Source of the DNA: an uncultured Clostridia bacterium
GTDB lineage: Bacteria; Bacillota; Clostridia; TANB77; CAG-508
Direction: 5' to 3'
Assembly: GCA_944391755.1 (NCBI GenBank)
Contig: CALXUT010000036.1
Location: 8,186-72,185, forward strand
DNA length: 64,000 nucleotides
Below the pieces are notes generated by a model that made no database searches, was not told the origin of the DNA, and saw only the letters and a list, made by a program, of their open reading frames with translations. Below, piece after piece: positions 58,969 to 64,000 of this stretch (within the stretch, counting starts at the first letter, position 1; each line of letters starts with the position of its first letter). A program made the position numbers and the translations under genes.

Positions 58969-60828
58969 ATGAAACTTCGAGATAGTAGGGGTATAACGCT
59001 AATCGCTCTAGTAGTAACGATTATCGTGCTAATTATATTAGCAAGTATAAGTATAGGAACGTTAATGGGACAAAATGGAACAATCAAACAAACCAATTTT
59101 GCAAAATATGGAGCAACAATAAGGGAATACCAAAAAGCATTAGATAGTTATCTTGTAGAAAAAGATATGAATAGTGATAGCCAGGAAGAAACGATTATTT
59201 ATACAACAGATAAAGATGAAATCAAAGAAATTATTCCTATCATATCAGATGAGGATTTAGAAAAGTTTGTCATACAAGATAATGAAATTAGGTACAGAGA
59301 AGATAAAGTAACAGATGAAGAAGAAAGAGGATGGTTAGCAGAATTAGGAATACTAGCAATGGTAGCAGTATATGCACTAACCTATATGAATGGAGATAAA
59401 GTACATAAGGTAGTATATGCAGACCAAGTAGCCTATCCATTAACCAATCCAACCAGTAGTGAAGGAACATTTTCGGGATGGTATTATGAAGGAACAGAAA
59501 CAGAAGCACAAGAAGGAGATAGTATTTCATCAGATATTACATTATACGCCAAATATGAAGCAGGACCAACAGTATATACAGCAACATTTATGGGAGCCAA
59601 TGGGGTGTTTGCAGAAATTGAAGGAAATAATTTAACATTCCCAGATTCAGAGCCAACAAAAGATACTGTAAAATTCACAGGATGGTATTATGATGAAGCA
59701 TGTACAAAAGTAGCAACAGTGGGAGATATTTTAACACAAGATACAACTTTATATCCAAGGTGGAATAGTTATATTACGAATAAATTAAATGGGACATATC
59801 TTTTTATGTATGATTATAGAATTACTGATTCAACAGATTGGTATTATGTAAATAACGAGGAAGAGTTCAAAGCACTGCCCTACTATGACAAAATATCAGG
59901 AACTGATACTGGCATGAATAGATATCCTGCATGGTATAGACTAGGACATTTTTCTAATGGAGACAAATTGTATTCATATCAAGGAAGTAATAAAATTATT
60001 AGTACTAAAGTTTTATCTTGGACAAGTTTAGATGGAAATACAACATATCCCTACTATAATATATCAGTAGATGCTAGTGGAAATGTGTTTTATCAAGGTA
60101 ATTTGTCAGGGTCTATATATACAGCATGGGCTAAGATAGAAGTAACATTTGAAGATGGAACAACAGATACAGATGAATTTCATGTTTACATCCATAATGC
60201 ATGTTTTGTAGAAGGAACAGAAATTATTTTAGCAAATAGAACAACTAAGAAAATAGAAGAAATTACCTATGAAGATGAATTATTAGTATGGGATTTTGAT
60301 AATGGAAAATTTGCAACAGCAAAACCATTGTTTATCAGTAATGCTAAAGTGGCAGAAGCATATAATTACATCAAATTCGAAGATGGAACAGAACTAAAAA
60401 CGGTAATAGATCACAGAATCTTTAATGTAGATACACAAAAATTCACTTATACAATGGATGAAGAAGGAACACCAATTGGAACAAGAGTATTTAAAGAAGA
60501 TGGAACAACAACAAGATTAATAGAAAGAAAAGTAGTAATGGAAGAAGTAAATTACTACAATATCATAACAGATTATCATATGAATGTATTTGCAAATGGA
60601 TTATTAACATCACTAAGATTAAACAATTTATATAAAATCGAAAATATGAAATTTGTAAAAGGTGATAGAAAGTTAACACCAAGAGAAGAATTTGCCAATA
60701 TACCAGATAAATATTTCTATGGATTAAGATTGGCAGAACAGCCAAAAGAAATCAATCATGGAAATGACGTAAAACATACGCAAACATTAGAAGAGTATGT
60801 AAAGAGATTACAATTCTTAGAAAAATAA
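58969..60828 (+). CDS. Surface protein with a prepilin-like N-terminal anchor, two Listeria-Bacteroides repeats, and a C-terminal Hint/BIL (intein-like) domain plus a ~75-aa tail
   Basis: RGITLIALVVTIIVLIILA. FSGWYY...LYAKYE and FTGWYY...LYPRWN repeats. Hint blocks CFVEGTEIIL, GTELKTVIDHRIF, NYYNIITDYHMNVFANGLLTS. Confidence 0.75.
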   Translation: MKLRDSRGITLIALVVTIIVLIILASISIGTLMGQNGTIKQTNFAKYGATIREYQKALDSYLVEKDMNSDSQEETIIYTTDKDEIKEIIPIISDEDLEKFVIQDNEIRYREDKVTDEEERGWLAELGILAMVAVYALTYMNGDKVHKVVYADQVAYPLTNPTSSEGTFSGWYYEGTETEAQEGDSISSDITLYAKYEAGPTVYTATFMGANGVFAEIEGNNLTFPDSEPTKDTVKFTGWYYDEACTKVATVGDILTQDTTLYPRWNSYITNKLNGTYLFMYDYRITDSTDWYYVNNEEEFKALPYYDKISGTDTGMNRYPAWYRLGHFSNGDKLYSYQGSNKIISTKVLSWTSLDGNTTYPYYNISVDASGNVFYQGNLSGSIYTAWAKIEVTFEDGTTDTDEFHVYIHNACFVEGTEIILANRTTKKIEEITYEDELLVWDFDNGKFATAKPLFISNAKVAEAYNYIKFEDGTELKTVIDHRIFNVDTQKFTYTMDEEGTPIGTRVFKEDGTTTRLIERKVVMEEVNYYNIITDYHMNVFANGLLTSLRLNNLYKIENMKFVKGDRKLTPREEFANIPDKYFYGLRLAEQPKEINHGNDVKHTQTLEEYVKRLQFLEK

Positions 60829-60840
60829 ATGGAGACTTAA

Positions 60841-63111
60841 ATGGAAGCGATTAAAAAAGTAATCAAACAAATTAATTATTTAGAACAAACAACAAAAAAA
60901 TATACAGATAATGAACTAAAACAAAAAACAATTGACTTTAAAGAACAATTAAAAAATGGTAAGGATGTAGAAGAAATTATTCCAGAAGCCTTTGCAGTTG
61001 TAAGAGAGGCTACAAGAAGAATAACAGGCAAAAGACTTTATGATGTACAACTTATGGGAGGATATATATTAAACCAAGGAAGAATTGCAGAAATAAAAGC
61101 AGGTGAAGGAAAAACCCTTATACAGGGTTTACCTGCTTATTTAAATGCGTTAGAAGGTAAAGGAGTCCATGTTATTACAACAAATGAATATCTATCTAAA
61201 AGAGATTTTAATGAAGTTGGGAAAATATTAGAATTTTTAGGAATCTCTGTGGGATTTATACATCAAAATATGAATACAAGAGAAAGAAAACAAGCCTATC
61301 AAAAAGATGTAACATATGGTTCAAATACAGAATTTGGATTTGATTATCTAAGAGATAATATTGCTTATAATTCAGATGATGTCGTTCAAAGAGGACTAAA
61401 CTATGTCATTATAGACGAAGCAGATAGTATCCTATTAGATGAAGCGCAAACACCAATGATAATATCAAAGAAAAATTTAAAAACAGATCCATATCCGTAT
61501 GTAAAAGCCAATAGTTTTGTAAGAAGATTAAAAGGAATAACCATACTAAAAGAAGAACCAAAAAATAGAAGACAATTAGAAGAAATTGAAAAATATGATT
61601 ATGTAGAAGATGAAACATATAAAACTGTCGAATTAACCCAAAAAGGAATCAAAAAAGCAGAAGAAGAATACAAAATAGAAAACTTTTATGACAGTAAAAA
61701 TGCCAATATCATAAATGAAATACGACAAGCATTAAGAGCAAATGTCATATTAAAAAAAGATGTAGATTATATTGTGCAAGATGACAAAATACAGTTAATA
61801 GACAAGTTTACAGGAAGAATTATGTATGGAAAAAAATATACAAGAGGATTGCATGAAGCGATAGAAGCAAAAGAGCATTTAACAATAGAAGAAAGTTCAC
61901 AATTAGTTGCAAGTATAACAACACAAAACTATTTTAAAATGTATAAAAAAATGTCTGGAATGACAGGGACAGCAAAATCATCAGAAAAAGAATTTAATGA
62001 AATATACAAAATTGATGTAGTACAAATTCCTACAAATAAAAAAAGTCAAAGAGTCGATAGAAAAGATAAAGTATTTTTAACAGAAGAGGAAAAATACAAT
62101 GCGGTGATAGAAGAAATAAAGATTAGTAAGAAAAAAGGACAACCAGTATTAATAGGGACAACATCAATAGAAAAGTCTGAAATACTAAGTGAAAAACTAA
62201 AAAAAGAAAATATAGAACATCAAGTATTAAATGCAAAAAATCATGAATTAGAAGCACAAATTGTAGAAAAAGCTGGAATGCCTTATAAAGTGACCATTGC
62301 AACAAATATGGCAGGAAGAGGAACCAATATATTATTGGGAGGGACAACAGAAAATACAAAAGAAAGAAAACAAGTGATTGAAGCAGGAGGATTAAAAGTA
62401 ATCGGAACCGAAAAACATGAGTCCAAAAGAATAGATGAACAATTAAGAGGAAGAAGTGGAAGGCAAGGAGAAGTAGGAGAAAGTGTATTCTATTTAAGCT
62501 ATGAAGATGAATTAATGAAAATTTATGCACATAAGAAAAATAAAGAAGAAATCAGAAAAGCACAAAAAAGAGCTGAAAATAGAAATTACACTATCAGAAA
62601 AAGGCTTGTACAATATGATGAAGTTCTAAACAAACATAGAGATATCATTTATGCGGATAGAAAAGCGATATTATATAATGATACAGAAAAAATTATTGAA
62701 AAATTTGTATCTTACTTTTGCGACAAAATCATTAAAGATACTACAGAAAAAGCAAAAGCATTCGTAAAAGAAATAGGAAAAAATGAAAAAATTGTTATAA
62801 GTGAAGAAAATATTCAAACAGTAAAAGACAAGATATTAGAAAGATATAATCATAAAAGAATAGAGATAGGACAAGATGAATTTTCTAAAAAAGAAAAAAG
62901 AAAATTCCTTAAAATCATAGATAACAATTGGAGTGATCACTTAGAGATAATGGAAGAGCTGAAAGAAAATATGGAACTAAGGGTATATGGTAGACATGAT
63001 CCTATTGAAGAATATCAAAAAGAAGGAAAAATAGAACTTGAAAGACTAGTAGATAAAATAAAAATGAATATGATTTGTCAATTACTATTTGAATGTGATT
63101 ATTACGAATAA
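60841..63111 (+). CDS. secA2: SecA-family preprotein translocase ATPase, accessory SecA2-like (756 aa, lacks the C-terminal zinc-finger tail)
   Basis: DEAD motor motifs (AEIKAGEGKT, DEADSIL, TNMAGRGTNI). Shortened C-terminus ends ...ECDYYE. Confidence 0.8.
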   Translation: MEAIKKVIKQINYLEQTTKKYTDNELKQKTIDFKEQLKNGKDVEEIIPEAFAVVREATRRITGKRLYDVQLMGGYILNQGRIAEIKAGEGKTLIQGLPAYLNALEGKGVHVITTNEYLSKRDFNEVGKILEFLGISVGFIHQNMNTRERKQAYQKDVTYGSNTEFGFDYLRDNIAYNSDDVVQRGLNYVIIDEADSILLDEAQTPMIISKKNLKTDPYPYVKANSFVRRLKGITILKEEPKNRRQLEEIEKYDYVEDETYKTVELTQKGIKKAEEEYKIENFYDSKNANIINEIRQALRANVILKKDVDYIVQDDKIQLIDKFTGRIMYGKKYTRGLHEAIEAKEHLTIEESSQLVASITTQNYFKMYKKMSGMTGTAKSSEKEFNEIYKIDVVQIPTNKKSQRVDRKDKVFLTEEEKYNAVIEEIKISKKKGQPVLIGTTSIEKSEILSEKLKKENIEHQVLNAKNHELEAQIVEKAGMPYKVTIATNMAGRGTNILLGGTTENTKERKQVIEAGGLKVIGTEKHESKRIDEQLRGRSGRQGEVGESVFYLSYEDELMKIYAHKKNKEEIRKAQKRAENRNYTIRKRLVQYDEVLNKHRDIIYADRKAILYNDTEKIIEKFVSYFCDKIIKDTTEKAKAFVKEIGKNEKIVISEENIQTVKDKILERYNHKRIEIGQDEFSKKEKRKFLKIIDNNWSDHLEIMEELKENMELRVYGRHDPIEEYQKEGKIELERLVDKIKMNMICQLLFECDYYE

Positions 63112-63114
63112 AAA

Positions 63115-63138
63115 GAAGACTCCCTAAAGGGGGTCTTC
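63115..63138. terminator. Hairpin between the convergent secA2 and tiny-peptide genes
   Basis: GAAGACTCCC-TAAA-GGGGGTCTTC. Followed by a T-run when read on the minus strand. Confidence 0.6.
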
Positions 63139-63154
63139 TCATATGTCTAAAGGA

Positions 63155-63274
63155 CTAGCAACATCCTCCTCTGTTACCACCGCAACAGCAGCAAATTAAA
63201 AGTATAAGAATGATTATCCAGCAGCAGTCATCACCGAAACCGAAACCACATCCACATCCTCTATTTTCTGGCAT
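63155..63274 (-). CDS. 39-aa Cys/Gly-rich tiny TM peptide (YjcZ-like); not in the ORF track
   Basis: Manual translation MPENRGCGCGFGFGDDCCWIIILILLICCCCGGNRGGCC. AAGGGGGG RBS 7 nt upstream. Terminator downstream. Confidence 0.5.
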   Translation of the reverse strand: MPENRGCGCGFGFGDDCCWIIILILLICCCCGGNRGGCC

Positions 63275-63481
63275 ATAAAACCCCCCTTTCAAAATTCAAA
63301 TTTTAACTAAAGAAGAATCTTTAGGATTTTCTTTTGATAATATATAATATGGTAATTAAAAAAATCTGTTACAGAAAAAAACTAAATTTGTGATTAACAT
63401 AAAAATATGATATAATAGTTATATAAAACGATAAAAATCGTAATAGTTTAAAACTTCCAAAATAATTTTAGGAGGATGAAT

Positions 63482-64000
63482 ATGCAGTATAGGATTTTGA
63501 AAGATTTAACAGATGTAATTCTTCGGGTAAAAAAAGGAAAAGCTTACTATTTTGATAAAGAGGGGATTTACAGAAGTACTTCAGCACAAAGTGTAGAGAG
63601 CCTAAAAAACTCGTGGGTTATTGACAAAAATGGAAAAAGACGATTAGATGCAATCGTAATAGTTATGGAGAATTTTGACTATGAGAATGGTAGCTTACTA
63701 ATAAAGGCAATTTGTTCCTTGAAGGAAGGAGACACAATAGAGAAATTTAAACAAATTCTCGAAACAGTAGAATATGAAGAAAGGCCGAAACCTACTGGAA
63801 TTGATCGATTTGTCACCAAAATTGAAAAACCTGTATTTGAACGAGTACCGGAGAATCCCAAAACAAATACATTTGATTACATTGTTGTAGATGTAAACAT
63901 TGTTACAGATTGGGAGGAGGATAGGCGAACTTATATTCAAAAACATAAGAAACAAATTTGTGAGATGGTATTGCGAAAAGTACAAGAAGATAGAACCTTT
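63482..64000 (+). CDS. Hypothetical protein, 5' part only (runs off the window)
   Basis: AGGAGG RBS. Open frame for 173 codons to the window edge. No recognisable domain. Confidence 0.45.
   Translation, partial: MQYRILKDLTDVILRVKKGKAYYFDKEGIYRSTSAQSVESLKNSWVIDKNGKRRLDAIVIVMENFDYENGSLLIKAICSLKEGDTIEKFKQILETVEYEERPKPTGIDRFVTKIEKPVFERVPENPKTNTFDYIVVDVNIVTDWEEDRRTYIQKHKKQICEMVLRKVQEDRTF

Noticed and set aside
57433-60828. Sortase-dependent pilus island (VWA tip adhesin plus pilins)
   Set aside because: No sortase gene is present. The neighbour lacks pilin/CnaB motifs and has a Hint domain instead.
1-64000. Prophage, IS elements, integrases, CRISPR-Cas, restriction-modification or toxin-antitoxin pairs
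   Set aside because: I scanned all ORFs of 60 aa or more on both strands. None has integrase, transposase, Cas, methyltransferase-endonuclease or TA signatures. The only methyltransferase is the glycan-locus class I enzyme.

Overview
This is a low-GC Firmicute chromosomal window that looks Clostridia-like, based on the rpsM-rpsK-rpsD-rpoA-rplQ order and the era-yqzL-recO synteny. Almost every gene is on the + strand. From 5' to 3' it contains: the tail of the ribosomal alpha operon (map, infA, rpmJ, rpsM, rpsK, rpsD, rpoA, and an rplQ with an insertion); an S-box (SAM-I) riboswitch leading into metK, with long perfect inverted repeats on both sides of metK; a small GT2-like protein and the recD2 helicase; a protein built from seven 21-bp tandem repeats (heptad coiled coil); a 2697-aa giant with the architecture of cyclic beta-1,2-glucan synthase (NdvB/Cgs: GT84 plus GH94); a frameshifted surface gene with a prepilin-like N-terminal anchor and a beta-helix body; a tRNA-Met(CAU) with a consensus promoter; a CaCA-family antiporter; a 768-aa K/E-rich orphan sitting where ybeY-dgkA-cdd normally precede era; and era, yqzL-like and recO. 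About 31 kb (24968-55976) is then a single-strand cell-surface glycopolymer locus. It encodes the ABC exporter Wzm/Wzt, and its Wzt carries a C-terminal extension. It also has two proteins that end in a coiled coil plus a shared basic tail, one with a SAM-methyltransferase domain, which resembles a WbdD-like chain terminator. The locus further includes about ten GT2 enzymes (two of them dual-domain), four large GT-C-like polytopic membrane proteins, three GtrB-like polyprenyl-phosphate glycosyltransferases with small membrane partners, a Wzx-like flippase, glf and galE, an LtaS/GacH-like sulfatase-family transferase, and a GH25 muramidase with six tandem ~77-aa repeats. No priming transferase, LCP ligase or rml genes are present in the window. 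The 3' end holds an mreB paralog, an LPXTG-anchored VWA adhesin on the opposite strand, a second prepilin-like-anchored protein carrying Listeria-Bacteroides repeats and a C-terminal Hint/BIL autoprocessing domain, an accessory secA2-like ATPase, and a 39-aa Cys/Gly-rich YjcZ-like peptide. I found no CRISPR arrays, IS elements, integrases or recognisable defence genes. The items I rate most worth following are (i) the Hint-domain surface protein next to SecA2, (ii) the apparently split WbdD-like terminator together with the extended Wzt, (iii) the NdvB-like giant in a Firmicute, and (iv) the unusually long perfect inverted repeats around metK.
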